Below are positions 38,504-48,551 of a stretch of DNA of 64,000 bases, in pieces. A program made the translations under genes and the position numbers. Position 1 is the stretch's first letter. Every line of letters begins with the position of its first letter. The notes beneath the pieces were generated by a model, which worked only from the letters and a program-made list of their open reading frames with translations, ran no database searches and was not told the origin of the DNA. Source of the stretch: Thermoproteota archaeon (GTDB lineage: Archaea; Thermoproteota; Bathyarchaeia; Bathyarchaeales; Bathyarchaeaceae); NCBI GenBank assembly GCA_042565955.1, contig JBHORG010000005.1, positions 14,025-78,024 on the forward strand, written 5' to 3'.

Positions 38504-39981
38504 AGAGGCTCATAAACAGTCTGAGTTTCTTTTGATGCTATCGTTGTTAACAGTTCTTTTTTCATCATTTCTTTTAGGGCGTTACTAAGCAGTTTTACTT
38601 CGTTCTCTTCATTAGTTGTATGTTTTTCGCATATTGTTCTATGTGGTTCCGCTAGAGCTTCTTTGACTAGGATTTTTTCTGGATCGTATCCCCAGGTTCT
38701 TATCATTTCTTTGAGCATGAATGCACGATCAATTTTTGTTCTTGACTGGATTGAAAGGTTGCTTGCTCGATATATGTTTCTTAGGAAGTCTATGCCTTTC
38801 ATTTTTATGTCTTGGTAAGTGCTGATTTTATGTCCCATCATATATTCTATGTATTCTCTGGGGGTACCTAGGGCTGTGAGTTGTGTTTTGAAGTATTTTC
38901 GTAGGCTGTGGGGACGGATGCAATAGCGTCTTTGTGGTGTAGAAGCTATTAGACCTGCTTTGGTATAAAGTCGTCTTATAACCCTGGATAATTGATCTCT
39001 TGTTAGAGGTTTTGGTTCTTTGTGGGTTTTTGTTCTGATGAGTGGTGTTGTGTCGGTGATTGTTTCTGGTGGGATTTTGCCGCTTGGGGTTCCTCTTTTG
39101 CGGAGGGTTAGGTAATCTTTCAGGAATTTTGTGGCTTCTGCTCCGATGAAGGTGTCGTAGTCGCATGTTTTTCCTTTCACTATTTCGGATTCAACGCTAA
39201 GGTGAATGGGGCGAATGTTCTGTTCTAGGTCGTGTTTTATGTGTCTGTATTCGAGTTTGCAGAGGGTTCCTACTCTAAAGCCTCCTAATGCAAGTAGGGT
39301 AATGATGACTTTTTCTCGAAGGTCTGCAAAGTTTAGTAGATTGCTGAGTTCTTCTGATGTGGGAGATCTATCTCCGTAGACAATTCTTATTCGGGGCTTC
39401 AATATTTGGGGGATTTCTATTCTGTTAGCTTTTAGGAATGTTCTCACAGCGCTTACGTGAACGTTTATAGTATTTGGCGATGAACCGGCGGCTCTTAGTT
39501 CTCCTATATAATCATCTATTGATTCTGATAACCGTCGGATGACTCTAGAATTAAGGTCACATTCTTCAGTGAGGCAACTAGCAACGAGTGTATCTGGAGT
39601 TTTTTTGACCCAGTCGATGAAGCGACTGAGACAGTATATGTAGACTTTTAGAGTACCACAACTTGAGGTTTTATGGCGCCTTAGATGAGTTGCTAATTTG
39701 AATACACTTTGATTATCAATAGAGAAACGTATTAGAGTAGGATGTGTTGAAACCAGGCTTTCTATGATATAGTTTGTTACGTCTAGGTCTCGCTTGTTAT
39801 AGATGTTAGGTATTTGGACGGTTACTGGATGTCTCAATGCTTTTCCTGTTTTGGAGGTCGTTATTGTGAGGTCTACGGAATTGTTTTTGCTTAGCAACGG
39901 TTTGAACTCTTCGTAGCGTAGTGGAAATCGTTCTATTGTCAATGTTGATTGTGTTTGGAATTTGTTGTTGGTGGTTTGCAT
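38488..39981 (-). CDS. int: tyrosine recombinase / integrase
   Basis: 497 aa. The catalytic-domain pattern is LALGGFRVGTL (Arg I), IRPHSLRKYF (HxxR) and MMGHKISTYQD (His plus the nucleophile Tyr region). The N-terminal SAM-like domain contains VSAVRTFLK. Confidence 0.85.
   Translation of the reverse strand: MQTTNNKFQTQSTLTIERFPLRYEEFKPLLSKNNSVDLTITTSKTGKALRHPVTVQIPNIYNKRDLDVTNYIIESLVSTHPTLIRFSIDNQSVFKLATHLRRHKTSSCGTLKVYIYCLSRFIDWVKKTPDTLVASCLTEECDLNSRVIRRLSESIDDYIGELRAAGSSPNTINVHVSAVRTFLKANRIEIPQILKPRIRIVYGDRSPTSEELSNLLNFADLREKVIITLLALGGFRVGTLCKLEYRHIKHDLEQNIRPIHLSVESEIVKGKTCDYDTFIGAEATKFLKDYLTLRKRGTPSGKIPPETITDTTPLIRTKTHKEPKPLTRDQLSRVIRRLYTKAGLIASTPQRRYCIRPHSLRKYFKTQLTALGTPREYIEYMMGHKISTYQDIKMKGIDFLRNIYRASNLSIQSRTKIDRAFMLKEMIRTWGYDPEKILVKEALAEPHRTICEKHTTNEENEVKLLSNALKEMMKKELLTTIASKETQTVYEPLEMYK
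38504..38518. repeat. inverted-repeat arm (AGAGGCTCATAAACA) adjacent to attL core
   Basis: Perfect reverse complement of TGTTTATGAGCCTCT at 56056..56070. Confidence 0.7.
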
Positions 39982-40056
39982 TTCTTTTCTCTCGCAGTTT
40001 TTCCATATCTATAGTAGTTATAATAAATATTTATATGTATCTATAATAGATAATCT

Positions 40057-40239
40057 ATGGTTATTCACATGCGTACTTACATCTTCACGGAACATGAAAG
40101 AAAAATTGTAAAAGAATTGATTAAAACAGGAACAGAGCTACAGGGCATCAGAATGATTTTCAGCAGAACCAGGTTATTTAGCCAACTTAAAGAAGACGTT
40201 GAACTCTATGATGCGATCCGGAAACATTTGAATAAGTAA
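40057..40239 (+). CDS. hypothetical small helical protein
   Basis: 60 aa, divergent from int. No motif was recognised. An excisionase or regulator role is only a guess from its position. Confidence 0.3.
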   Translation: MVIHMRTYIFTEHERKIVKELIKTGTELQGIRMIFSRTRLFSQLKEDVELYDAIRKHLNK

Positions 40240-40240
40240 A

Positions 40241-40477
40241 CTATCCAAGTTTTTTAACCTCAAGAATGTCGCCTTTTAATATTACCAGACCGCTTTCGGA
40301 TGGTTTGGTTTTTTGATTAGGAAGGGGGTTTTTGCTTCTATCATGTAGAATCCACATAGCCTCTTCACTCTCTTTCAGAACCCAACCAACACATTCCCGA
40401 ATAGAAGGATAGTAGAGACTAGAATCCGAGTTTCGGAAGAGAACATGATCCCGATAACAGACGTAAACCAATGTCAT
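40241..40477 (-). CDS. hypothetical protein
   Basis: 78-aa ORF with its start 3 nt after the stop of the upstream 325-aa gene on the same strand. Confidence 0.35.
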   Translation of the reverse strand: MTLVYVCYRDHVLFRNSDSSLYYPSIRECVGWVLKESEEAMWILHDRSKNPLPNQKTKPSESGLVILKGDILEVKKLG

Positions 40478-40479
40478 TA

Positions 40480-41457
40480 TTATAACAAGTATTCTTCAAT
40501 TTTCCAGCCATACTCAAGCGAATAATTATTCAATCGTTCGTAACTTTTCTGACAAATATTGCTCCAAGTTCCATTAACATACTGGATACACCAAGACAGA
40601 AGTTCGATTTTCTCACAAAAGTGGCATTTATCTTCGAGGGTTTTTTCAAGCTTTACTATCGATTTAATGTCTATAGGTACTTTCACGACTGTATGTTTTG
40701 GTTGACATTCTGCGTTGCAAACAAGTACCCCAAGAGGCAAAGATACAAAATTAGGTGGTAAGATTTTTTTCCATTTTCTAATTGTTTTTCGAGTAACGCC
40801 AAATATTTTTTCCAGTTGACGTTCTGTGAGCTTATTTCCAGAAATGCATAGTAAAACAGCAGAATAAAGACAGTTAAGTTTCTTGTTGGTTAAAGGACCA
40901 TTCTTTTTTATGAAAAATTGTGCTTTCCACTCGGCATTACGGATTGTTTCAGTACTTATGTCTGCGGCGAGAATCTCTTGCCTTTTAGTATTAATTAGAT
41001 AGTGTAATTGTTTTATACATTTTTTTAGGGGGTCTTTTTCCATTTTTCTTAACGCTCTTTTAAATTCTCGATATTTTGAGGCGGGATGAATATAGCTTCC
41101 TTCTTGTTTGGCTATTTCAGTTGAGAGAGAATCATGTGAACCCGCGAATTCACAGTAATAATCTGAAAAGTCAAAAAATCGATAACCATCCAATTTTCCA
41201 CATTTTTTGCACTTGAAAACCAGTATATCGTCCTTATCAAAAAGTGTATCATCCTCTTCGCCCTCTTTTCCACAAAAGGGACAAGTATCTAAGATTTCCT
41301 TCTGTTTCTCTATGATTTTGAGTTTTATTTTTTCGCTTTCATGACCACACTTAATACAAATTTGTTTGCCTAGCATAGGATAGTTCTCAAAATACTCAGT
41401 AGAACTACAATTCGGGCATATTCCAAACTCGATTGAGTCACTTTTCAATTTTAGCAT
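40480..41457 (-). CDS. multi-Zn-ribbon protein with a TFB/cyclin-like HTH segment (putative element-encoded transcription factor)
   Basis: 325 aa. Zn ribbons are CPNCSS...CIKCGHE and CPFCGK...CKKCGK. Mid-protein, LNCLYSAVLLCISGNKLTERQLEKIFGVTRKTIRKWKK resembles the TFIIB cyclin-repeat HTH. A further C-terminal CHFC...C pattern is present. Confidence 0.4.
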   Translation of the reverse strand: MLKLKSDSIEFGICPNCSSTEYFENYPMLGKQICIKCGHESEKIKLKIIEKQKEILDTCPFCGKEGEEDDTLFDKDDILVFKCKKCGKLDGYRFFDFSDYYCEFAGSHDSLSTEIAKQEGSYIHPASKYREFKRALRKMEKDPLKKCIKQLHYLINTKRQEILAADISTETIRNAEWKAQFFIKKNGPLTNKKLNCLYSAVLLCISGNKLTERQLEKIFGVTRKTIRKWKKILPPNFVSLPLGVLVCNAECQPKHTVVKVPIDIKSIVKLEKTLEDKCHFCEKIELLSWCIQYVNGTWSNICQKSYERLNNYSLEYGWKIEEYLL

Positions 41458-41775
41458 TCAACCCAAAGTTGCGCTGGTTTAATACTTTCATAATTAGGAA
41501 TAGGTCTTTTTAGATAAAAAGTTGTAAAAAAGGAATTGCGTAGTGAAGTAGTTCCTCAATAGTACACATTTCTGCGTAGAAAATCGCTCAAAATTACCCC
41601 AAAAAATGGAAAGGCGATAATTTAGGGAATATACAGCATGATGTTTTGTTATACTCCTAGATAAAAAAGCATCGTATAGGCTTAATCGATCCTAGAAATT
41701 ATTTTGTAATCTTTCTCACATCAAAAGGATAATAAGAAATTCCAATACAATATTGAACGTTAGGAGTAAGGATTC

Positions 41776-44190
41776 GTGCCAATTAAGAAAAGTGAGTTGT
41801 ATAGTTCTCTTTGGAAAAGCTGTGATGAATTAAGGGGAGGAATGGATGCTTCTCAGTATAAAGATTACGTCTTAGTATTGTTGTTCGTGAAGTATGTTTC
41901 AGACAGATATGCTGGAGATCCCTACAGTCTAATTGAAGTTCCTGAAGGAGGCGGTTTCTTAGATATGGTTGCCCTCAAAGGCAAAAAAGAGATAGGTGAT
42001 GAGATAAACAAAATTATCGCCAAACTTGCCGAAGCCAATGATCTTAAAGGAGTTATTGACGTTGCAGATTTCAATGATCCTGATAAGCTTGGGAGAGGAA
42101 AAGAAATGCAGGATCGTCTTTCAAACTTGGTAAGTATATTCCAAGATCCTGGATTGGACTTTAGTCAAAACAGAGCGGAAGGAGATGATCTTCTTGGAGA
42201 TGCTTATGAATATTTGATGAAACATTTTGCGACCCAATCAGGAAAAAGCAAAGGACAATTTTATACCCCTTCTGAAGTTTCAAGGATAATGGCAAAGGTA
42301 ATTGGAATTAGTTCAGCAAAAAGGCGAGATCAAACGGTATATGATCCTACTTGTGGATCAGGTTCTTTGTTATTGAAAACTGCAGCAGAAACTGAACATG
42401 GAATCACAATTTATGGTCAAGAAATGGATGTAGCAACTAGAGGTCTAGCGAAAATGAATATGATTTTGCATAATAATCCTACTGCTGAAATCTGGTTGGG
42501 AAATACTCTTGCAAGTCCTCATTTTAAAAACATAGATGGAGTCCTAAAGAGATTTGATTTTGCTGTAGCGAATCCTCCATTTTCTAATAAATCATGGAAA
42601 AATGGTTTTGATCCGAACAATGACAAATATGATCGATTTGAAGGCTTTGGGATTCCTCCGGCAAAAAATGGAGACTATGCTTTCCTTTTACATCTACTAA
42701 AATCTTTGAAAAGTAATGGAAAAGGTGCTATAATACTTCCCCATGGTGTATTGTTTAGGGGTCATGCAGAAGAAGAAATAAGAAAAAATCTCATAAACAG
42801 AGGTTATATTAAGGGGATAATTGGTCTTCCTTCAAATCTTTTCTATGGTACAAGTATTCCTGCTTGTATTATTGTTGTTGACAAAGAAAATTCAGATACT
42901 CGAAAGTCTATATTCATAATTGATGCAAGTGAAGGTTACGTTAAGGATGGAAATAAAAACAGATTAAGAGAACAGGACATTCACAAAATCGTTGATGTCT
43001 TCAATAATCAATTGGAAATTCCTAAATATTCTCGAAAGGTTCCCTTTTCTGAAATAAGCGATCTGAAAAACGATTATAACTTAAATATTCTTCGTTACAT
43101 TGATGGTTTAGAAGAAGAGGATCTCCAGGATATAGATGCTCATCTAATTGGGGGCATACCAAATAGAGACATTGAAAATTTGTCGAAATATTGGAATGTA
43201 TTTCTATCACTAAAAGATGCTTTATTTAAAACAAGTGATAGAAAAGGCTATTCAGATTTTAAAGTTAAAAAATCGGAAATTAAATCAACAATAACCGAAA
43301 ACCCGGATTTCATTTTTTTCTCGAAGAAAACAGAGAATATATTCAAGGAATGGAAAAATCATATTCTTCCTCTTTTAAAAAAGGTAAATGTGGGGTCTAA
43401 ACCTAAAGAGTTGATTTCTTATATCTCTGAGGAACTACTTTTGTCATTTTCCGAGAAAGATTTGATTGATAAATATGATGTTTACCAACGACTAATGGAA
43501 TACTGGTTTGAAACAATGCAAGATGATGTTTACTTGATCGCAATGAATGGTTGGAAAATTGAAATAAATATTCTAAAAAATAAAAAAGGAAAAAGAATTG
43601 GCTGGGATTGTGATCTAATTCCTAAAAAGATTGTGATTGAAAAGTATTTTCTAAGCAAACAAAAACAAATTGATGAACTAAATTCAACTAGAGAAAGTAT
43701 TACTCAAGAGATGCGGGACCTTGTAATAGATTATTCCATAGCGGAAGATGACTATTTTTCAGAGGTAAGAAGCAACAGCGGAAACATTACAAAGAAAGAA
43801 CTTACTCGACGAATTAGAGAAATAAAAAATGATGATGAGTTTGCTGATGAACTAAAGGTTCTACAGGAATATTTTTCCCGCATCGAAAAAGAAGGACAAA
43901 TAAAAAAAAGGATAAAAAATACCAAAACCGATCTTGATAAAAAATTGCTCTACCAGTATAGAGACCTTACAGTTGAAGAAATTAAAAATCTAGTAATCAC
44001 AGAAAAATGGGTTAAACATTTTGATAAATTAATAAATAATGAGATAAATTGTATCTCTCGAAAAATAAAGGGAAGAATAACTCAATTAGCAGTGCGATAC
44101 GAAACACCCCTCCAGCAGATATTGAATAATGCTGATGAACTATCAAAGAAAGTCGAAGTTGACTTAACAAAAATTGGTTTTAAATTTTGA
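41776..44190 (+). CDS. hsdM: Type I restriction-modification system, methyltransferase subunit (long form)
   Basis: 804 aa with a GTG start after AGGAGTAAGGA. The HsdM_N-like N-terminus is LWKSCDELRGGMDASQYKDYVLVLLFVKYVSD. The SAM motif is VYDPTCGSGSLL and the catalytic motif is VANPPFS. A ~330-aa Lys/Glu-rich C-terminal extension extends past the usual end of HsdM. Confidence 0.88.
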   Translation: MPIKKSELYSSLWKSCDELRGGMDASQYKDYVLVLLFVKYVSDRYAGDPYSLIEVPEGGGFLDMVALKGKKEIGDEINKIIAKLAEANDLKGVIDVADFNDPDKLGRGKEMQDRLSNLVSIFQDPGLDFSQNRAEGDDLLGDAYEYLMKHFATQSGKSKGQFYTPSEVSRIMAKVIGISSAKRRDQTVYDPTCGSGSLLLKTAAETEHGITIYGQEMDVATRGLAKMNMILHNNPTAEIWLGNTLASPHFKNIDGVLKRFDFAVANPPFSNKSWKNGFDPNNDKYDRFEGFGIPPAKNGDYAFLLHLLKSLKSNGKGAIILPHGVLFRGHAEEEIRKNLINRGYIKGIIGLPSNLFYGTSIPACIIVVDKENSDTRKSIFIIDASEGYVKDGNKNRLREQDIHKIVDVFNNQLEIPKYSRKVPFSEISDLKNDYNLNILRYIDGLEEEDLQDIDAHLIGGIPNRDIENLSKYWNVFLSLKDALFKTSDRKGYSDFKVKKSEIKSTITENPDFIFFSKKTENIFKEWKNHILPLLKKVNVGSKPKELISYISEELLLSFSEKDLIDKYDVYQRLMEYWFETMQDDVYLIAMNGWKIEINILKNKKGKRIGWDCDLIPKKIVIEKYFLSKQKQIDELNSTRESITQEMRDLVIDYSIAEDDYFSEVRSNSGNITKKELTRRIREIKNDDEFADELKVLQEYFSRIEKEGQIKKRIKNTKTDLDKKLLYQYRDLTVEEIKNLVITEKWVKHFDKLINNEINCISRKIKGRITQLAVRYETPLQQILNNADELSKKVEVDLTKIGFKF

Positions 44191-44193
44191 CTG

Positions 44194-45492
44194 GTGGGTA
44201 CAACAATAACCAAAGATTACATCCATACAGAAATAGGTTGCATTCCAAAAGATTGGAAGGTCACTACCTTTAATGATTTATTCACATTTCTCTCCACAGG
44301 TAGCAATTCTCGAAGCGAATTAACTACCGAGGATGGTGACGTAAATTATATTCATTATGGAGATATTCATAAAAAATGGGATTTAATCCTAGATTGTGAT
44401 AAAGCACAAATTCCTTTTGTATCATATGAAAAGATAAAGAATTTGCCTTACGTCAAAAATGGCGATTTAATAATTGCAGATGCCTCTGAAGATTATGAGG
44501 GAATTGGAACTAGTGTTGAAGTTAAGAATGTAGACGATAGAAAGATTGTATCAGGATTGCATACACTTCTTTTGAGGGGAGATAAAAATCAAATCGTAGA
44601 CGGTTATAAGGCATATTTAACTTCAATTTTTTCGGTGAAAAAAGCATTAATAACTATAGCAACAGGGATTTCAGTTTATGGTATTTCAAAGAACGCACTA
44701 AAAGATGTTAAACTTCCATTACCAGTAGAACTAAGAGAACAAATTGCTATTGTAGAAATTCTTTCAAACATAAATTCCTTAATTAACTCTTTGGATCAGC
44801 TTATTGAAAAAAAGAAGAACATCAAAAAAGGACTAGTGCAGAATATTTTTACAGGGAAGATAAGGTTAGAAAATTTTTATGAAGAATGGGTTGAACGAAA
44901 TTTTTCAGAATTATGTTGGTTTCAAGAAGGACCAGGTCTAAGAAACTGGCAATTCAGAAACGAGGGAATAAAAGTAATAAATGTGACAAACCTTGAAAAT
45001 GGATTATTAAATCTAGAGAATACGGATAGACACATTTCTTTAGAAGAATTTCATTCAATGTACCGCCATTTTGAAATTGATAAAGGTGACATAGTTGTTG
45101 CAAGTTCAGGAAACAGTTACGGTAAAGTTGCAATAGTCAGAAATGAAGATTTACCTTTAATGATGAATACGAGTGTTATCCGGTTTAAACCTCTGAAAGG
45201 ATTAGTATATGAGTTCTTGTTTCAATTTTTAAAATCAAGGAAATTCAAAACTCAAATAGATTTATTGATTACAGGCGGTGCACAGCCAAATTTTGGACCC
45301 GCACACTTGAAGAAGATAAAAATACTTGTTCCTCCAAGCGAAAAAGAACAACGCGCAGTAGGAAGATTATTGTCAGATATGGATTCTGAGATTGAAGTAA
45401 TTGAGCAAAAAAGTGAAAAATATAGACAGTTAAAAATAGGTTTGATTCAACAGCTGCTTATGGGGAGAACTCGGTTAAAATGGAAGAGCTGA
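44194..45492 (+). CDS. hsdS: Type I R-M specificity subunit
   Basis: 432 aa. Two target-recognition halves are each followed by a conserved helical spacer (LPLPVELREQIAIVEILSNINSLINSL... and VPPSEKEQRAVGRLLSDMDSEIEVIEQK...). Confidence 0.85.
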   Translation: MGTTITKDYIHTEIGCIPKDWKVTTFNDLFTFLSTGSNSRSELTTEDGDVNYIHYGDIHKKWDLILDCDKAQIPFVSYEKIKNLPYVKNGDLIIADASEDYEGIGTSVEVKNVDDRKIVSGLHTLLLRGDKNQIVDGYKAYLTSIFSVKKALITIATGISVYGISKNALKDVKLPLPVELREQIAIVEILSNINSLINSLDQLIEKKKNIKKGLVQNIFTGKIRLENFYEEWVERNFSELCWFQEGPGLRNWQFRNEGIKVINVTNLENGLLNLENTDRHISLEEFHSMYRHFEIDKGDIVVASSGNSYGKVAIVRNEDLPLMMNTSVIRFKPLKGLVYEFLFQFLKSRKFKTQIDLLITGGAQPNFGPAHLKKIKILVPPSEKEQRAVGRLLSDMDSEIEVIEQKSEKYRQLKIGLIQQLLMGRTRLKWKS

Positions 45493-48400
45493 ACGTTGGT
45501 CAACTTGAAAGATTAACTCAGGATAGAGTTGTGAAGTTATTCCAAGACAAGAAGATGGATTATTGCTATCTAGGCAACTGGGAGCAAAGAGAAAATAGCA
45601 ACGTCGAAAAAGATCTGTTAATTAAATTCCTTAAAAAACGGAACTACAGTGACATCTTAATCAAAAAAACGTTATATCAACTAAATCAAGTGGCTTCAAA
45701 CCAAAATAAAGCCCTCTATGACATAAACAAAGAAGTATACAGCTTACTCAGATATGGCATAAAAATTAAAGAAGACATCGGCGAAACAAAACAGACAGTC
45801 TGGCTTATTGATTGGAAAAACCCGAAAAACAATGATTTCTATATCGCAGAAGAAGTAACTGTATTGGGTCAACATAATAAACGGCCTGACATCGTTTTAT
45901 ATGTTAATGGGATTGCCTTTGCTGTAATTGAACTAAAAAGAAGCATAGTTTCTGTATCCGAAGGAATCAGGCAAAATCTTGATAATCAAAAAGAGATATT
46001 CATACGACAATTTTTTTCAACAGTTCAGATTGTAATTGCAGGCAACGATACAGAAGGAGTACGTTATGCCACAATAGAAACACCTGAAAAATACTATCTA
46101 AAATGGAAAGAAAATTCGCAAATAAAAAACAAGCTAGACAAAGACCTTTCCCTAATTTGCAATAAGGAACGACTTCTTGAAATAATTCACGATTTCATCG
46201 TCTTTGATAGTGGAGTAAAAAAGATTTGCAGACACAACCAATACTTCGGAGTTAAAGCAGCCCAAACCTATCTTAAAAGACGTGAAGGGGGAATAATTTG
46301 GCACACCCAAGGAAGCGGAAAAAGCCTGATAATGATTTGGTTAGCCAAATGGATACGAGAACACATTGACAATTCTCGAGTTTTAATCATAACAGACCGA
46401 AAGGAATTAGATGAACAAATAGAAGATTTCTTCAGTTCTGTAGACGAAAAAATATACCGGACAAAAAGCGGAAAAGACCTAATCGATAAACTAAACCTTG
46501 CTTTTCCATGGCTAATTTGTTCACTTATCCACAAATTTGGCACGAACACTGAACGTTACATTGACGACTATTTCAAAGACATCTTAGTAAATTTACCAAG
46601 TAACTTCAAAGCTAAAGGGGATTTGTACGTATTCGTAGATGAGTGTCATAGAACCCAATCTGGAGAGTTGCATAAAGCCATGAAAAAAATTATTCCAAAT
46701 GCAATTCTCATAGGATTCACAGGAACTCCTCTACTAAAAAGAGACAAGAAAAAAAGCATAGAAGTATTTGGAAGATATATCCACACCTACAAATACGATG
46801 AAGCAGTTTCCGACAATATCGTTTTAGACTTACAATACGAGGCGAGAGAAATCGACCAAAACATATCTTCTCCAGACAAAATAGATCAGTGGTTTGAAGC
46901 AAAAACAAGAGGATTAACTGATTATGCAAAGGCAATATTAAAAATGAAATGGGGTAATATGCAAAAAGTTCGCAGTTCACAACCAAGATTGAGTCGAATT
47001 GTCACAGACATAATGCTTGACATGGAAACAAAAAATAGACTTGGAAGCGGCAGAGGAAATGCAATGCTAGTGTCTGGAAGTATTTACCAAGCATGTCAGT
47101 TCTATGAATTATTCCAAAATAATGGTCTAAAAAAATGTGCAATAATCACTTCTTACAATCCTCACATCAGTAAAATTAAAGGAGAAAGTACCGGAGAAGA
47201 CGATGATACAGACGAAATAGAAAAATACGAAACATACCAAAAAATGCTCGACTATTACGCAACACAATATCCTGAAATAAAAACAAAAGGTTTTGATGAG
47301 GTAATAAAACAAAAATTCGTCAAAGAACCAGGACAAATGAAACTACTCATAGTAGTTGATAAGTTACTTACAGGATTTGATGCCCCACCGGCAACATACC
47401 TATACATCGATAAAAGTATGCAAGATCATGGCCTTTTCCAAGCAATATGTAGAGTGAATAGACTCGATGGAGAGGACAAAGATTATGGATTTATCGTTGA
47501 TTACAAAGACCTGTTCAATAGCTTGAGTAAAGCTGTGACAGATTATACTTCTGAAGCTTTTGAAGGCTTTGATAAAGATGATGTTGAAGGATTACTCAAA
47601 GACCGACTCCGTAAAGGAAAAACAGATCTAGATTCAGATTTAGAAACTATTAAAGCTCTATGTGAACCCGTCAAACCGCCCAAAGACACATCAGCATTTA
47701 TTGATTACTTCTGTGGTAATACTGAAAATCCTGAAGAATTAAAGAACACAGAACGAAAAAGACTCTCTCTCTACAAAATAACATCAAGACTACTCAGATC
47801 TTACACAAACATTGCCAATGAAATGAAAGAAGCAGGGTACACTCCACAAGAAACAACTAAAATCAAATCAGATGTAAGATATTACGAAAACATAAGAAGT
47901 GAAATCAAATTAGCAAGCGGTGACTACATCGACTTAAAAGCATATGAACCAGCAATGCGTCATCTCATAGACGCCTATATTGACGCAGAGGAGAGCAGAA
48001 CAGTATCGGCATTTGGCGACCTGACGCTTGTTGACTTAATTATTAATAATGGTGTAGCGGCTATAAACTCTCTTCCTACAAACATACGAGAAAACAAAAA
48101 CTCTACAGCAGAAACGATAGAAAATAACGTACGAAAACTCATAATTGAAGAAAAACCTACAAATCCAAAATACTATGAGAGAATGTCTATTCTATTGGAC
48201 GAGCTGATTCAACATCGAAAAGAACAAGCTTTAGAATATGAACAATACTTGAAACAGATCGTGGAACTCACTAAGAAAGTAAAGAATCCCGCTGTTTCAA
48301 TATCTTACCCAAGAAGCGTTAATACTAACGCAAGAAGGGCATTATATGATAACTTAGAAAATAACGAAAAACTTGCCCTAAAAGTGAATGACTACATTTT

Positions 48401-48551
48401 AGATTACAAACCTGATGGCTGGAGAGGCAACAGAATAAAAGAGAAACAGGTTAAAAATGCAATTAGAAGGGCGTTAGCAGAGTTTGATATTGAAGATGAA
48501 CAAACAGTAGTAATGATTCTGGAGTTGGCGAAAAAACAAAATGGTTACTAA
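45480..48551 (+). CDS. hsdR: Type I R-M restriction (helicase-nuclease) subunit
   Basis: 1023 aa. The N-terminal PD-(D/E)xK region is RPDIVLYVNGIAFAVIELKR. SF2 motifs are HTQGSGKS (I), VFVDECHR (II) and GFTGTP (III). Overlaps hsdS by 13 nt. Confidence 0.88.
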   Translation: MEELNVGQLERLTQDRVVKLFQDKKMDYCYLGNWEQRENSNVEKDLLIKFLKKRNYSDILIKKTLYQLNQVASNQNKALYDINKEVYSLLRYGIKIKEDIGETKQTVWLIDWKNPKNNDFYIAEEVTVLGQHNKRPDIVLYVNGIAFAVIELKRSIVSVSEGIRQNLDNQKEIFIRQFFSTVQIVIAGNDTEGVRYATIETPEKYYLKWKENSQIKNKLDKDLSLICNKERLLEIIHDFIVFDSGVKKICRHNQYFGVKAAQTYLKRREGGIIWHTQGSGKSLIMIWLAKWIREHIDNSRVLIITDRKELDEQIEDFFSSVDEKIYRTKSGKDLIDKLNLAFPWLICSLIHKFGTNTERYIDDYFKDILVNLPSNFKAKGDLYVFVDECHRTQSGELHKAMKKIIPNAILIGFTGTPLLKRDKKKSIEVFGRYIHTYKYDEAVSDNIVLDLQYEAREIDQNISSPDKIDQWFEAKTRGLTDYAKAILKMKWGNMQKVRSSQPRLSRIVTDIMLDMETKNRLGSGRGNAMLVSGSIYQACQFYELFQNNGLKKCAIITSYNPHISKIKGESTGEDDDTDEIEKYETYQKMLDYYATQYPEIKTKGFDEVIKQKFVKEPGQMKLLIVVDKLLTGFDAPPATYLYIDKSMQDHGLFQAICRVNRLDGEDKDYGFIVDYKDLFNSLSKAVTDYTSEAFEGFDKDDVEGLLKDRLRKGKTDLDSDLETIKALCEPVKPPKDTSAFIDYFCGNTENPEELKNTERKRLSLYKITSRLLRSYTNIANEMKEAGYTPQETTKIKSDVRYYENIRSEIKLASGDYIDLKAYEPAMRHLIDAYIDAEESRTVSAFGDLTLVDLIINNGVAAINSLPTNIRENKNSTAETIENNVRKLIIEEKPTNPKYYERMSILLDELIQHRKEQALEYEQYLKQIVELTKKVKNPAVSISYPRSVNTNARRALYDNLENNEKLALKVNDYILDYKPDGWRGNRIKEKQVKNAIRRALAEFDIEDEQTVVMILELAKKQNGY

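Noticed and set aside
38828-39166. 112-aa Pro/Asn/Thr/Arg-rich ORF, and the similar ORF 39806..40006
   Set aside because: These are low-complexity alternative-frame ORFs nested inside the integrase gene on the same strand, with no independent support.
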